DNA of 59,247 bases, filler included. It is 5 parts of 5 records of this genome, joined end to end, with 100 filler letters (N's around TTAATTAATTAA, not from the genome) between each part and the next. Parts side by side here need not be neighbours in the genome. Positions count along the whole stretch, not along the records: positions 17,398 to 23,496 come from SRR31147125_7445; positions 23,597 to 29,788 come from SRR31147125_7453; positions 29,889 to 52,543 come from SRR31147125_7459; 2 more parts are not named here. One strand, written 5' to 3'. Of the stretch, positions 20,580 through 32,182 are shown piece by piece. The notes beneath the pieces were generated by a model, which saw only the letters and a program-made list of their open reading frames with translations, had not been told where the DNA came from and did no database searches. The translations under genes and the position numbers were made by a program. How positions within the stretch are numbered: the stretch's first letter is position 1; each line of letters starts with the position of its first letter.

Positions 20580-21107
20580 GTGAGTAAGGATTATGATTAT
20601 ATCGTCCAATTCAAGGGCTTAAGCGAAGGTTCGCATGAGTTTAAATTTGAAATAAAGGACGATTTTTTTGTTGGGCTTGATTACTCTGAAATAAAAAAAG
20701 GAGATTTAAAGACTGATATATTGCTTATTAAACATCCTACTTTTTTAGAATTAGAGGTTAATATAAACGGAATGGTTACTGTTCCTTGCGATTTATGCCT
20801 CGATGAATTTGAACAGGATATTAAATATAACGGAAAACTTTTCGTGAAGTTTGGCGACGAACTCTCAGAAGAAGAAGATGTTATGATTATACCTGTTGAA
20901 GAACATGAAATTGATTTGTCTCATTATATTTATGAAAGCATAAATTTGAGTCTTCCTTATAAAAAAGTTCATCCAAAAGATGAAGATGGAAACTCAACTT
21001 GTAACAAAGAGATGCTTGATAAATTAGAGAAACTTTCAATTTCAGAAAAGAAAGATAACAATGATCCCAGATGGGACAAGTTGAAAGATTTTTTATCGAA
21101 TAATTAA
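20580..21107 (+). CDS. yceD: DUF177/YceD ribosome accumulation protein
   Basis: VPCDLCLD, IDLSHYIYESINLSLP and DPRWDKLK. Directly upstream of rpmF. Confidence 0.9.
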   Translation: MSKDYDYIVQFKGLSEGSHEFKFEIKDDFFVGLDYSEIKKGDLKTDILLIKHPTFLELEVNINGMVTVPCDLCLDEFEQDIKYNGKLFVKFGDELSEEEDVMIIPVEEHEIDLSHYIYESINLSLPYKKVHPKDEDGNSTCNKEMLDKLEKLSISEKKDNNDPRWDKLKDFLSNN

Positions 21108-21118
21108 AAGATTTTAAA

Positions 21119-21304
21119 ATGGCACATCCAAAGCGTAAGACATCAAAACAAAGAAGAGACAAACGTAGGACTCATTATAAAGCTACAGCTCCAACGTTGA
21201 TGAAATGCCAGAATTGTAATACAACAATTCTATATCACAGGGTATGTCCTGAGTGTGGTCACTATAAAGGAAAATTAGCTGTTGAGAAAGAGGTAATGGC
21301 TTAA
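21119..21304 (+). CDS. rpmF: 50S ribosomal protein L32 (Zn-ribbon type)
   Basis: MAHPKRKTSKQRRDKRRTH...CQNC...HRVCPECGHYKG. Confidence 0.97.
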   Translation: MAHPKRKTSKQRRDKRRTHYKATAPTLMKCQNCNTTILYHRVCPECGHYKGKLAVEKEVMA

Positions 21305-21326
21305 TTGGTAACCTATCTAAGGTTTT

Positions 21327-22265
21327 ATGAAGATAGGCATCGACGTTCATGGTGGCGACTATGCTCCTGATGTAACTGTAAAAGGTTCAATCGAAGCCAC
21401 AAAATATTTAAGTGCTGATGATAAATTAGTGCTTATTGGTAATACTGCTGACATTGAAAGAATTTCAAAAGAAAATGATTTCGATCCAGCTGTGTTTGAA
21501 ATTATCCATACCGAAGAATCTATTGGTATGGGTGATCATCCGGCAAAAGCATTTACAAAAAAACCAAATGCAAGTATTGTTTTGGGATTTGGCTTATTAT
21601 CTCAAGGCAAAATTGATGCATTTGCGAGCGCAGGAAACACTGGCGCTATGCTTGTAGGTGCAATGCAGGTTGTAAAATCCATCCCTGGTGTAATACGCCC
21701 CAGTATTACTGCTGCGGTACCTAGAATATCTGATAAACCAACATTGCTACTTGATGTTGGAATTAATCCCGATTGCAAACCCGATGTATTATATCAATAT
21801 GCAATTCTGGGATCTTTGTATGCAGAGCATGTATTGAATATTGATAATCCGAAAATCGGGTTGTTAAATATTGGATCAGAGGAAGAAAAAGGTAATCTGC
21901 TGACAAAGACTACATATCAGGCAATGAAAGATACTTCTGAGTTTAATTTTATTGGAAATGTAGAAGGCAACGACTTTTTTACTGATAAAGTTGACGTTGT
22001 TGTTTGCGATGGTTTTGTCGGGAATGTTGTATTAAAAACTGCAGAAAATGTTTATCGGTTAATAAAACAAAGAAATATTAACGATGATTTTTTCGAAAAG
22101 TTTAATTTTGAAAATTATGGTGGAACACCAATACTGGGAATTAATAAACCTGTTGTTATTGGTCATGGGGTTTCCAACGAAAAGGCAATTAAAAACATGA
22201 TTCTTCACACAAGAGAGGTTGTACAATCTAACCTTCTTGAAAAAATAAAAACGGCTTTTAAATAA
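21327..22265 (+). CDS. plsX: Phosphate acyltransferase PlsX
   Basis: [54 protein letters not shown] and GHG. Confidence 0.95.
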   Translation: MKIGIDVHGGDYAPDVTVKGSIEATKYLSADDKLVLIGNTADIERISKENDFDPAVFEIIHTEESIGMGDHPAKAFTKKPNASIVLGFGLLSQGKIDAFASAGNTGAMLVGAMQVVKSIPGVIRPSITAAVPRISDKPTLLLDVGINPDCKPDVLYQYAILGSLYAEHVLNIDNPKIGLLNIGSEEEKGNLLTKTTYQAMKDTSEFNFIGNVEGNDFFTDKVDVVVCDGFVGNVVLKTAENVYRLIKQRNINDDFFEKFNFENYGGTPILGINKPVVIGHGVSNEKAIKNMILHTREVVQSNLLEKIKTAFK

Positions 22266-23254
22266 TGGGTAAATATAGAGCAGCAATTACAGGATTAGAT
22301 GCATTTTTGCCAGAATACAGACTGACAAATGATGAATTAAGCAAAATGGTAGATACATCCGATGAATGGATAATGCAACGTATTGGCATTAAGGAACGTC
22401 GGATTTTGAAAGAAGAAGGGAAGGCAACCTCTGATATGGGTGCAGAAGCTGTAAAAAAACTTCTAAAAAAGAAAGATTTAAATCCTGATGAAATTGATGT
22501 CGTAATTTGTACTACTGTTACAGCTGACATGCATTTCCCATCAACAGCAAATTTAATATCGCATAAAGCGGGCATTAAAAATGCATTCAGTTTTGATTTA
22601 AGTGCTGCATGCTCCGGATTTTTATTTGGTCTTGAAACTGCTACCGGATTTATCGAATCAGGAAAATATAAAAAAGTACTTGTTGTTGCTGCGGATATGA
22701 TGTCTAGCATTACCAATTATACAGACAGGACAACATGTCCATTATTCGGCGATGCAGCTGTTGCCGTGCTCGTTGAACCAACAGAAGAAGAAGTTGGTGT
22801 AATGGACAGCATTCTGCGTGTTGATGGTTCAGGAGGTAAATTTTTACATATGAAGGCTGGTGGTTCGCTTAGACCAGCTTCTCATGAAACTGTTGATGCA
22901 AAAGAACATTACGTATACCAGGAGGGTCAAACGGTATTTAAATTTGCTGTATCCAACATGGCAGATGTTTCTGTTGAGATGATGGAGAAGCACAATTTAA
23001 CGGCAGATGATCTTGCTTACCTGGTTCCCCATCAGGCCAACATGCGAATAATTGAAGCTACGGCCAGACGCATGGGACTTGAGAAAGAAAAGGTGATGAT
23101 TAATATTGAAAAGTATGGTAATACGACTGCTGCTACTATCCCACTTTGTTTGTGGGAATGGGAGAACAAACTTAAGAAAGGGGATAATTTAATTTTATCA
23201 GCTTTTGGTGGTGGTTTTACCTGGGGTACCATATATTTGAAATGGGCGTACTAA
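22265..23254 (+). CDS. fabH: 3-oxoacyl-ACP synthase III
   Basis: Catalytic [15 protein letters not shown] and [11 protein letters not shown]-terminal FGGGFTWG. Confidence 0.95.
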   Translation: MGKYRAAITGLDAFLPEYRLTNDELSKMVDTSDEWIMQRIGIKERRILKEEGKATSDMGAEAVKKLLKKKDLNPDEIDVVICTTVTADMHFPSTANLISHKAGIKNAFSFDLSAACSGFLFGLETATGFIESGKYKKVLVVAADMMSSITNYTDRTTCPLFGDAAVAVLVEPTEEEVGVMDSILRVDGSGGKFLHMKAGGSLRPASHETVDAKEHYVYQEGQTVFKFAVSNMADVSVEMMEKHNLTADDLAYLVPHQANMRIIEATARRMGLEKEKVMINIEKYGNTTAATIPLCLWEWENKLKKGDNLILSAFGGGFTWGTIYLKWAY

Positions 23255-23410
23255 GCAAAGCTTGAGAATCTTATTTTTTCTTTCTGAAAAAAATAGCTAA
23301 TTTTCATCCTTAATAAGTACCGATAGTTTTTTTCATACCGTTATTTTAATATCACGAAAAAAATTCCGTACGTTTGTAAAAACTTAATTTAGAATTAATA
23401 AAAAGACACT

Positions 23411-23496
23411 ATGGCAAGAGGCACTGAAAATACTCCTATTGAACATGCTAACCTCATTAATAATGGAACAACAATAAATGGTGATATTGTTTCAAA
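23411..23496 (+). CDS. Bactofilin (polymer-forming cytoskeletal protein), N-terminal fragment
   Basis: Not in the ORF track. Reads MARGTENTPIEHANLINNGTTINGDIVS up to the contig end, matching the bactofilin I..GT.I.GDI start. TACGTTTG promoter element at 23369-23376. Confidence 0.7.
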
Positions 23497-23596
23497 NNNN
23501 NNNNNNNNNNNNNNNNNNNNNNNNNNNNNNNNNNNNNNNNTTAATTAATTAANNNNNNNNNNNNNNNNNNNNNNNNNNNNNNNNNNNNNNNNNNNN
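23497..23596. other. Artificial contig spacer
   Basis: 44 N + TTAATTAATTAA + 44 N. Confidence 0.98.
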
Positions 23597-24494
23597 TTGA
23601 GTTGATTAGCCAGGATGATAATATAGTGGTCAAAACTACAAAACAGACAATAACGTCTATTCCAAAAAATGGTGTGAGTCAAAACACATCATTTATGATT
23701 CGGTGCCGCAATGCAAGTATGGATCATGGCAAAATAAAAGTGCTTGTAACTGCTAATAGCAAAACTGAAACGTTCCTCATTGATATTCCTTTTTACACTC
23801 CTGATTCTGAACTTACAAAATATAAAATCAGCGATGGTTTAAGCTTTAAACAGGAGGTTGAAGGATTAACCGTATTTGGAGAGGGGGATAAAAATGGGAT
23901 TGTTGATCCTGGAGAAAAATTCAGTATTTTAACCAATTCTGAATTTACAATCATTAATTATTTTGGCTTAAGATTATATACAGACGACCCTTATGTTGAC
24001 CAAAGCAAAACTACTTTGAAACATTCGGCAAGAAATGATTGGTCTGGTGGGATGCGTACAACAAGCGAACTTTATGTGAAACCAGATTGTCCGGTCGGAC
24101 ATGTTATCCAATTATATGGCATTTATGATTATCCTTTGCCAGGCAATATCTCAAGAGACCAACAAGCTGCTCAATCATTTATACACGAGATTAAAAGAGT
24201 TTCATTAGAAGTTACTGTTGGGGGAAATACCACAAAAGTAGATGAAACCTATTTGGAGAATAACGATTCTATGGTTTTTCCAATGCCAAACCATGGAAGT
24301 TTCTATATCAATACAGGATCTTCTGATTGTAATATTGTGCGAATCTTTGACCTTGATGGCAAAGAATTATTCACTCAGCCTATTAATCCGGACCAGTCCA
24401 TTGTATCACTTACAACTAACCTGAAACCTGGATTATACGTACTGGCTTTAAATAACACCTCGCATACGATAACAAAAAAATTGTGGTTAACTAA
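23597..24494 (+). CDS. T9SS type-A sorting domain protein, C-terminal fragment
   Basis: 5'-truncated. VFPMPNHGSF, IFDLDGK and LKPGLYVLAL. One extra A in the A-run at 24474-24480 gives the canonical ending ITKKIVVN* (TAA 24492-24494) instead of the aberrant tail to 24591. Confidence 0.7.
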
Positions 24495-24679
24495 AATACA
24501 TTTTGAAGTGTTTGAACTTCGGACAGGTTTATGGAATAAAGAACATCGTAATTCCATTCAGGTATTTTATGTAATTAATCCAAATTATTAATTGGCTCAT
24601 TATAGAAGATTTCCTATAATTACTAGAAAATAAACTAATGGAGAAAGGATGAATATTGAATTAAATAACCAAGATTTCA

Positions 24680-25630
24680 ATGGATAATAAAATATATGAT
24701 GTAATCGTTGTTGGAGAATTGAATGTTGACTTAATTTTGGACGAGATTCAAAAATTCCCGGAGATTGGTAAGGAAGTAATTGCTGATAAGATGACCCTTA
24801 CATTAGGTAGTTCATCGGCTATTTTTGCTAGTAATATTTCAAGTTTAGGAGCAAGTGTTGCATTTATTGGGAAAATTGGTGCAGACATATTTGGTGATTT
24901 GGTGCTTAATAGTCTTAAGGCAAAGAAAGTAGATATCTCCATGATCAAAATTGATCCAAAAATCGGAACGGGAGCAACTGTGGCTCTAAATGTTGATGAA
25001 GACAGAGCAAATACAACTTATCCCGGTGCTATGAATCATCTAACAATGAAAGACATATCAGACAGTGATCTGAGAAAGGGAAAGCACCTTCATTTCTCAT
25101 CTTATTATCTACAACCGGGAATGTGGGGTAGCCTGGGGACGTTATTCAGAAAAGCAAAAAGCATGGGATTAACAACTTCATTCGATATGCAATGGGATCC
25201 GCAAGAGACCTGGGCGCTGGACATGGAAGATGTGTTACCATACGTTGATGTCTTTCTGCCAAACGAAACAGAACTAATGTTATTAACAAAACAAAACAAT
25301 TTGGAAGATGCGATCAACTCTGCTAAAGAGTATACCAATATGCTGGTTGTTAAAAGGGGAAATAAGGGATCATTAGTTTATTTTCAAGGAGAAACAAGGG
25401 CATTACCACCATTTTTAAATGAAAATGTTGTAGATGCAATTGGTGCTGGAGACAGTTTTAATGCCGGTTTCATTTATAGGTTTATCAATGGGGAAAATGT
25501 TGAAGAATGTCAGAAGTTTGGTAACCTTACTGGAGCTATATCAACAACTGCTTCTGGAGGGACTGCTGCCTTTGAAGATTATGAAAAATTCAGAATTAAC
25601 GCAAAAGATAAATTTGGGATTAATGTTTAA
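24680..25630 (+). CDS. PfkB-family carbohydrate kinase
   Basis: VVGELNVDLI, GSSSAIFA, FIGKIGADIFG, FLPNETE, VVKRGNKG and DAIGAGDSFNAGF. Confidence 0.92.
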   Translation: MDNKIYDVIVVGELNVDLILDEIQKFPEIGKEVIADKMTLTLGSSSAIFASNISSLGASVAFIGKIGADIFGDLVLNSLKAKKVDISMIKIDPKIGTGATVALNVDEDRANTTYPGAMNHLTMKDISDSDLRKGKHLHFSSYYLQPGMWGSLGTLFRKAKSMGLTTSFDMQWDPQETWALDMEDVLPYVDVFLPNETELMLLTKQNNLEDAINSAKEYTNMLVVKRGNKGSLVYFQGETRALPPFLNENVVDAIGAGDSFNAGFIYRFINGENVEECQKFGNLTGAISTTASGGTAAFEDYEKFRINAKDKFGINV

Positions 25631-25822
25631 GCTTCTTTAGAAATTAATTTTTATATTGTTTCCGTTTATTTTACGTAAGTTTGCAAAAATCTCTCGAATT
25701 AAATGGTTTGAAAGCTAATTTTTCAATAACCGCACATATATTCTTTTATTATGATAATTTTTTTAAAAAATTAAATTAACACATCAAGATCGATACAATA
25801 TATCCACTGCATACATTTTAAT

Positions 25823-26608
25823 ATGAATAGAACCGAAAATAAATCTACTGTCTCAAGAAGGGCTAAATTGCTTAAAATTCTTGATTTAAAAGGACAAGTA
25901 AGCGTAAGTGAATTAAGCAAAGAGTTTAGCATAAGTGAGGTTACTATCCGAAATGATCTCGCTCACTTGGAGAAACAGAATATGTTGATTCGTGCCCGGG
26001 GTGGGGCAATTAAAATTAGTCCTAACCGGATAGAAGGTGACCACTCAATTTTGAATAAACACAATGAGAATCTTAAAGAAAAACAAAAGATAGCAAAGGC
26101 CGCAGTCAAATTAATTGAAGAAGGCGATACTATTGCAATTGATTCTGGTTCAACAACTACAGAGGTTGCAAAACTTCTGGGGAATTTTGACAGCCTTACA
26201 ATTATTACAAATGCACTTAATATTGCTGGAATTCTGTCTGCTTACGATGGGATTAATATATTTATGCCTGGCGGAATTTTACGCAAAAAATCGCTTTCCT
26301 TAGTTGGAGTGCTTGCTGATGAGAGTTTTGGTCAATTTTATTGCGATAAACTTTTTTTAGGTGCAGATGGACTTGATACTACCTACGGACTTTCAACTCC
26401 AAATTCTGATGAAGCTCATTTAAATCAAATTATGATAAAAATTGCCAGTAAGGTAATTCTTGTTGCTGATTCCAGAAAATTCAAAAGAAGACGTTTTGCG
26501 TTTATTGCCCCTATCTCCGATGTAGATGTGGTTGTAACAGACTCAGGAATTGAAGAAGAAGACAGAATGCGATTGGAGAAAAGCGGAGTAGAAGTTATTA
26601 TTGTATAA
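25823..26608 (+). CDS. DeoR/GlpR-family transcriptional regulator (AgaR-like)
   Basis: HTH SEVTIRNDLAHLE, RARGGA, IDSGSTT, IITNALNIA and DKLFLGADG. TAAGTTTG promoter element at 25676-25683. Confidence 0.9.
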   Translation: MNRTENKSTVSRRAKLLKILDLKGQVSVSELSKEFSISEVTIRNDLAHLEKQNMLIRARGGAIKISPNRIEGDHSILNKHNENLKEKQKIAKAAVKLIEEGDTIAIDSGSTTTEVAKLLGNFDSLTIITNALNIAGILSAYDGINIFMPGGILRKKSLSLVGVLADESFGQFYCDKLFLGADGLDTTYGLSTPNSDEAHLNQIMIKIASKVILVADSRKFKRRRFAFIAPISDVDVVVTDSGIEEEDRMRLEKSGVEVIIV

Positions 26609-27290
26609 ATTATTGAGATAAGCTATACTCTACTTAATAAAACAGCAGGTTGCTGGATTCTACAAAGCATCTACTCTCCTATTCCTCTTAATTAAGATTA
26701 TTTTTTTGATATTGGATAAAATGAAGTACTCAGATTGAGTGCTTCATTCGAGATGTTTAGCTTCTCCCGACCCCTAACATCTTATTCTTGAATCTTTGCA
26801 CCAAGCAGATAATTCACTTAAAATTAAAGGTATCATGGAGGATTATTAACAATTTAATAATTACTGTGAGCCAGTTAATTATAATTTTATTCCTCTTATG
26901 CCAGTTTAAAAACTCTTTATCAATAGATGTGACCACCGATAACATATAGCCCTAAGAATTCGTTCTTTTATCTAAACGTAATATTCTTCTTCAGACCCGA
27001 AAAAAGCAAGAAGGCTTAATACTTGAAATAAAAAAAGAGGTTAATCGCATTTTTATTTTGTTTTTTAAGCTTAAGAAAAAAAATATTAGAAGAAATAAAA
27101 GATGAAAAATAATAAAACGAAATATTAAAAATAATTTTATATTTGCATCGAAACTATATGAAACTTTTTCGTGTAATTTCAAATTAGATACAAACCAACA
27201 GCGAATAATACTTGATGTATTGCAATTTTACCCAACAATAGGTCTTTTCGCTGGGGGAAATATTAGTCTATAATTTGTTTATTGAAATCC

Positions 27291-29272
27291 ATGACAGATA
27301 AATTCGATAAAAACAAGTCCATCTTTGGACTTGAAAATTTATTTAAAATTGCAAACGTAAGCAATCCTGCAATATCCCCAGACGGCAGCAATATTGCCTG
27401 TGTGGTATCACGTGTAAATGAGTCTGAAAACAACAGGGAAAGCAATATCGTATTAATATCGGCAGAGGATAAAAAAACTCAGGTTATAGCTCGGGGAGAA
27501 ACTCCTGTCTGGTCGCCCGATGGATTATACATTGCCTTTGAGGGCGAAACAGAAGGTAAATCTGGAATATGTATCTACGATGTAACAAATGGCAACGAAC
27601 GGTTTTTGGTAGAGACCTTTCAATCTTCCTATTTTATTAACCACTTGGAAGATAAAAATTATTGTTGGTCGCCGGATGGCAGGCATATTGCTTATGTGAG
27701 TACTGCCCCATTTAAACCATTGGAAAATGAAGATGTGAGAATTTTCGACAGGCTTCTGTATAAAAGTAAGGGCGGAAGAGGCCGTTCTTATTTTGCCGAC
27801 GACCATTTGTTTCACATCTGGATAGTTCCGACAAATGGTGGTGAACCCAAACTTATTACTGATAGTGATTATAATGAACATTCTATATCCTGGTCTCCCA
27901 ATGGAAAAGAGATTTCTTTTGTAAGTAACCGTTCTGAATTTCTGGACAACAACCAGCTTTGTGATTTGTGGAAAATAAATTTAGAAACGAAAAAGACAAC
28001 CAGGCTTACTTGTAACTTTGGAACTGTCTTTCAGCCCAAATGGTCTCCCAATGGAGAAACCATTGCTTTTCTCGGGACAACAAGTGTAATTAACACAAAT
28101 GATAGCATGTCGGATGACACCCATCTATACCTGATCCCGGAATCAGAAGGTGTACCGCAATGTTTAACAAAAAAGTTGGATCGTCGCGTTGAAAATATTG
28201 CCTGGCACCCGAATAGTAATTCAATATATTTTACGGCAGGAGACAAAGGTACAACTCCGTTATGTAAGGTGTCCGTAGAATCAGGAGAGATCGAAGCAAT
28301 TATACATGGCAAATCACATATAATGGAGTATTCGCTGGATAGTGAAGGCCGGAACATTGCATACCTCGAAACAGATATCACGCACCCCCCAGAGATTTTT
28401 CTTACTCAAGGAGGTCAACAAAAAGTTATTGGGATCACCAATGAGAATAAAGAGTTGTTAGATTCATGCCAGTTTCAGGATGCTGAAGAATTTTGGGTTA
28501 AAAGTTTTGATGACACAATGGTTCAGGGATGGATTATTCGCCCGGCCGTATTTAATCAGGCAAAAACTTATCCATTAATTCTTGTTATTCACGGTGGCCC
28601 ACACAACATGTTTGGATATGAGTTTGAAGAGCGTTGTCAGGTTTTAGCTGCGCATGGGTATGGTGTTCTGTTTATTAATCCTCGAGGAAGTCACGGATAT
28701 GGGCAGTTATTCTCAAACGGAAACCTACTGAACTGGGGAGGTGGCGATTATAAAGATTTGATGGCTGGTGTTGACCATGTCGTTGACAAATATGAATGGA
28801 TTGACAAAGAACGTTTAGGAGTTACAGGACAAAGCTATGGTGGGTACATGGCAAACTGGATTATTACGCAAACGAACCGCTTCAAGGCTGCTGTTGTTGA
28901 TGGAGGAATCAGCAACCTGATTAGTTTTGCAGGCATTTCTATTTATCATTCACTTATCGAATCTGAGTTTAACGGGAGTACTTACGATAACTTTGAACTT
29001 CTTTGGCAGTGGTCCCCCTTAAAAATGTGAAAAATGTTACTACCCCCACCTTATTTCTTCATGGAGAGATTGATAATGAAGTGCCACTTCAGCAGGCAGA
29101 AGAAATGTATGTAGCATTAAAAAAACTTGGGGTTAAATCATCATTTGTGCAGTATGTTGGAGAGGGGCACGGGTGGCGTCCCGATCTTAAACCTAAAAAC
29201 AGGTATGATTTGTATTATCGAATGATTTCTTGGTTCGATGAACATTTGAGTAGTGATATATTAAGCATCTAA
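27291..29272 (+). CDS. S9C prolyl oligopeptidase/acylaminoacyl peptidase family (1-nt frameshift at 29021-29025)
   Basis: WSPDG/WSPNG propeller repeats, IHGGPH and nucleophile GQSYGG. Asp (HGEIDNEVP) and His (EGHG) lie in ORF 29003-29272. One added A restores SPLKNVKNVTTP. TATATTTG promoter element at 27138-27145. Confidence 0.9.
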
Positions 29273-29309
29273 ATAGTTGTTAAACACATAAAATATAGAA
29301 CATTATAAT

Positions 29310-29788
29310 ATGGAAACATCAAAAAATTGGATCAAATTCGTGGTAATCCATGTCGCTTTTTTAGGAGCCTGGGGTTCATTGGTCGAAATTCCCGAAAAGT
29401 TTGGTTTCCCAGCCACACTTGGTTATGTAGTCTGGGCTTTAACGATGATCCCTGCTGCAATTCTGGCCTTAAAAATAAACAAATGGAAAATTGATTATAA
29501 CAAGACTTCGATTATTTATGGGAGTCTTGTTGGTATCCTTGGTGCAGCTGGTCAACTGGCACTTTTTTTCATATTACGCATAGCTCCTGCTTACCTGGTT
29601 TTTCCTTTACTTTCTCTCACACCCGTTGTTACCATCCTGCTAGCAGTGATATTTTTAAAAGAGAATACCGGAAAAATCGGCTGGGTTGGTATTGGTGTTG
29701 CCCTTATTGCAATTTTACTTCTTTCTTATCAGGCACCAGATAATGAGGATGTCCGCGGCTATTGGTGGATGGTTTTAACTGCCATCCC
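29310..29788 (+). CDS. EamA/DMT family transporter (partial)
   Basis: Multiple TM helices, GAAGQLALF, APAYLVFPLLSLTPVVTILLAVIFLKE. Truncated by the contig end. Confidence 0.85.
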
Positions 29789-29888
29789 NNNNNNNNNNNN
29801 NNNNNNNNNNNNNNNNNNNNNNNNNNNNNNNNTTAATTAATTAANNNNNNNNNNNNNNNNNNNNNNNNNNNNNNNNNNNNNNNNNNNN
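29789..29888. other. Artificial contig spacer
   Basis: 44 N + TTAATTAATTAA + 44 N. Confidence 0.98.
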
Positions 29889-30689
29889 TTTTGCCCGTTC
29901 ATACTCACTTTTCGCGCGTTGATAGGCCATTCGCCGCTCTGTCCAGGAAAAATCACTGCTTAACGATGGACTCAAAACAGCTAATACATCTCCTTTTTTT
30001 ACAGAGCTGCCAGGTACAACCATATTTTGATTATGCTGCACATTTAAAAGACCTTCCACAGGTGATACGATTTCAGCATAACCGTGCTGATGTGGAATAA
30101 CTTCGCCAACTGCTGTGATGGATGATTTGATTGTCCTGTACTGCACCGGAGATGTTTGAAACTCCGTTTTCCATTGCTGCTCTTTGAGGAAACTTATGCC
30201 CTCTTCCTCATGATGCTCTTCAGCATGTTCATTCTCCTGAACATCCTCCTCCGAGTTGTAGGCAATGATATGGCCGATATCAAAACTGTCATTAATAACA
30301 TCATTCTCATATTTTAAAAAAAATAAATAGGTCCCATTCTGAGGTAGCTGGACTGTCGGGGTAAAAATGCCTTCTCGCAATAACTCGTCAGTTCTAACAT
30401 CTACTGTTTTCCCGTTCTCATGACGAAAATGAAGCGACACAGCACCAGTGGTTACCGGTTTAAAATCAGCCAAAGTTGTGAGGTGAATGATAAATTTCGT
30501 TTTTTCTGAGACCACTGGCGTTTGGAATTCCATAAACAACTCCATCGTATCCGTCCACTGCGTAACAGAGATAGTGTGTTGATCCTCAGAACGTTCATGA
30601 TGACTATTTTCATTTAGAGCCTCATTATTCCCACATCCTGAGAATATCATTGATATAGAAATAAATAAAAAACAGGCAAGCTTTTTCAT
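29889..30689 (-). CDS. RND efflux periplasmic adaptor (CzcB/CusB-like lipoprotein), partial
   Basis: Lipobox FSGC, His/acidic tracts (HHERSEDQH, EHAEEHHEE), TQWTDTMELFMEF, ISFLKEQQWK, lipoyl-like EIVSPVEG...GSSVKKGDVLA. Confidence 0.82.
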
Positions 30690-30772
30690 CGTTTTATCCT
30701 TTAAATCTGGTTTCATAAAATGTAATTTTCCTGATATAGAATAATGTTAAATACTAAAATGATTACCCGGAA

Positions 30773-32011
30773 TTATAGTGACAAAAGATCCTGAGCCACC
30801 AGCACCTCCAGTTGAAAAATGGTACTGTAATAATGTGAAAGTTGTTCATAATAAGATTCGATACTCTCAGCATATATCTGTATCCCATCCAGGAGATCAC
30901 CCAATGTGATCCAGCCTTCACGGTAGGAAAAAGTCAGATTCTCCACAACCTTATCCACATTTTTTAACTGTTGTTCGTTTTCCTCAAAAAAGCGGGTATA
31001 TTCTTCTATTGTCTGTAATTTAGCATCTAAAAGCCCAAGGACTCGTTTCTTATACATATCCGATTCAGCATTTAAGAGAGCTAATTCAATTTGCTCTTTT
31101 TGAATTTGCGAACCATTTTTGTTTAATAATGGTAGCGGCAAGGACAACCCAAGAACAAACCCTTTATAATCTGTATTGACCTGCTTATAGCCACCAAACA
31201 CACGCATGTCGGGCAACAGGTTTGCCCGCGCCATCTGAATTCGTTTTTTCATCGCTTTTTGCAGATATTCCCTGCGTTTATACTCAATGGATGTAGTAAA
31301 CATCTCAATATAATCGTCAACCTTTCCGGCATTAAAAGGTTTAAATTCAAACGGAGTCATCAATTGAATGCCCTGCCCTTCTTCTATACCAAGGCTTGTC
31401 TTCCATTCACTTAATAGCTCACGTCTATCCTGCCCAATTTTCAAAATATGGCTCTTGAGATTAAACATTGACATTTGAATGAGTTGTTGTTCCAAACCGG
31501 AAATGGCACCCTCGGCTAATCGATCCCGGGCAATGCCAGAGGCTGTCTCGACAACCTGTTCGAAATTTATCAATCGTTGAGTTTGGCTTTCATATAATTT
31601 TATTCTCACATATCCTGATTTGATCGTTGCCAGGACATGTAAAAAATCGGATTCCTTTTTCAGCTTTGCGGCTTTTAGTTGTTCCTTCCAGCTCGACCGG
31701 TGTAAAGCTTTTACCCAGGGCATTGAAAAAGTTTTTTCCAGAGTCACAGCATATTCTTTCTCTTCGTCCCAGTCACTTTTTACTTTTTCATGCTCAAACT
31801 CTATTTCAGGATTTGACCACTGTAAATCAATTTTACTTTCAACTTTGGTCAAATCATATTGACCATTAAACAATTTTATTTCCGGACTTTGTTGTCGAAC
31901 AAAATCCCGCAATTTCTCAAATGGAATTGTTACTATATCTGTTTGAGTAAAGCCAGGACATATTAAGACACTTAATACCATTATTACCAACATGTTGATT
32001 CTTAATATCAT
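30773..32011 (-). CDS. TolC/CzcC-family outer membrane efflux protein
   Basis: Signal peptide, WSNPEIEFE, GAISGLE, LLPDMRVFGG, GLSLPLPLLNKN and YREGWITLGDLLD. Adjacent to the adaptor. Confidence 0.85.
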   Translation of the reverse strand: MILRINMLVIMVLSVLICPGFTQTDIVTIPFEKLRDFVRQQSPEIKLFNGQYDLTKVESKIDLQWSNPEIEFEHEKVKSDWDEEKEYAVTLEKTFSMPWVKALHRSSWKEQLKAAKLKKESDFLHVLATIKSGYVRIKLYESQTQRLINFEQVVETASGIARDRLAEGAISGLEQQLIQMSMFNLKSHILKIGQDRRELLSEWKTSLGIEEGQGIQLMTPFEFKPFNAGKVDDYIEMFTTSIEYKRREYLQKAMKKRIQMARANLLPDMRVFGGYKQVNTDYKGFVLGLSLPLPLLNKNGSQIQKEQIELALLNAESDMYKKRVLGLLDAKLQTIEEYTRFFEENEQQLKNVDKVVENLTFSYREGWITLGDLLDGIQIYAESIESYYEQLSHYYSTIFQLEVLVAQDLLSL

Positions 32012-32182
32012 TTATGATCTCCATGAATTCATTTATATCCGAAAGTACCACTCCAGAATAATCCTGATAAATTTTTCTCCGGTTTTTTCTTTTACAACAA
32101 GATATACGCTGTCTGTATCGATTGTATAATATCGGGATAAGGTTATAACTTTTATTCAAATATTGTAATAGTAGGGGGATTA

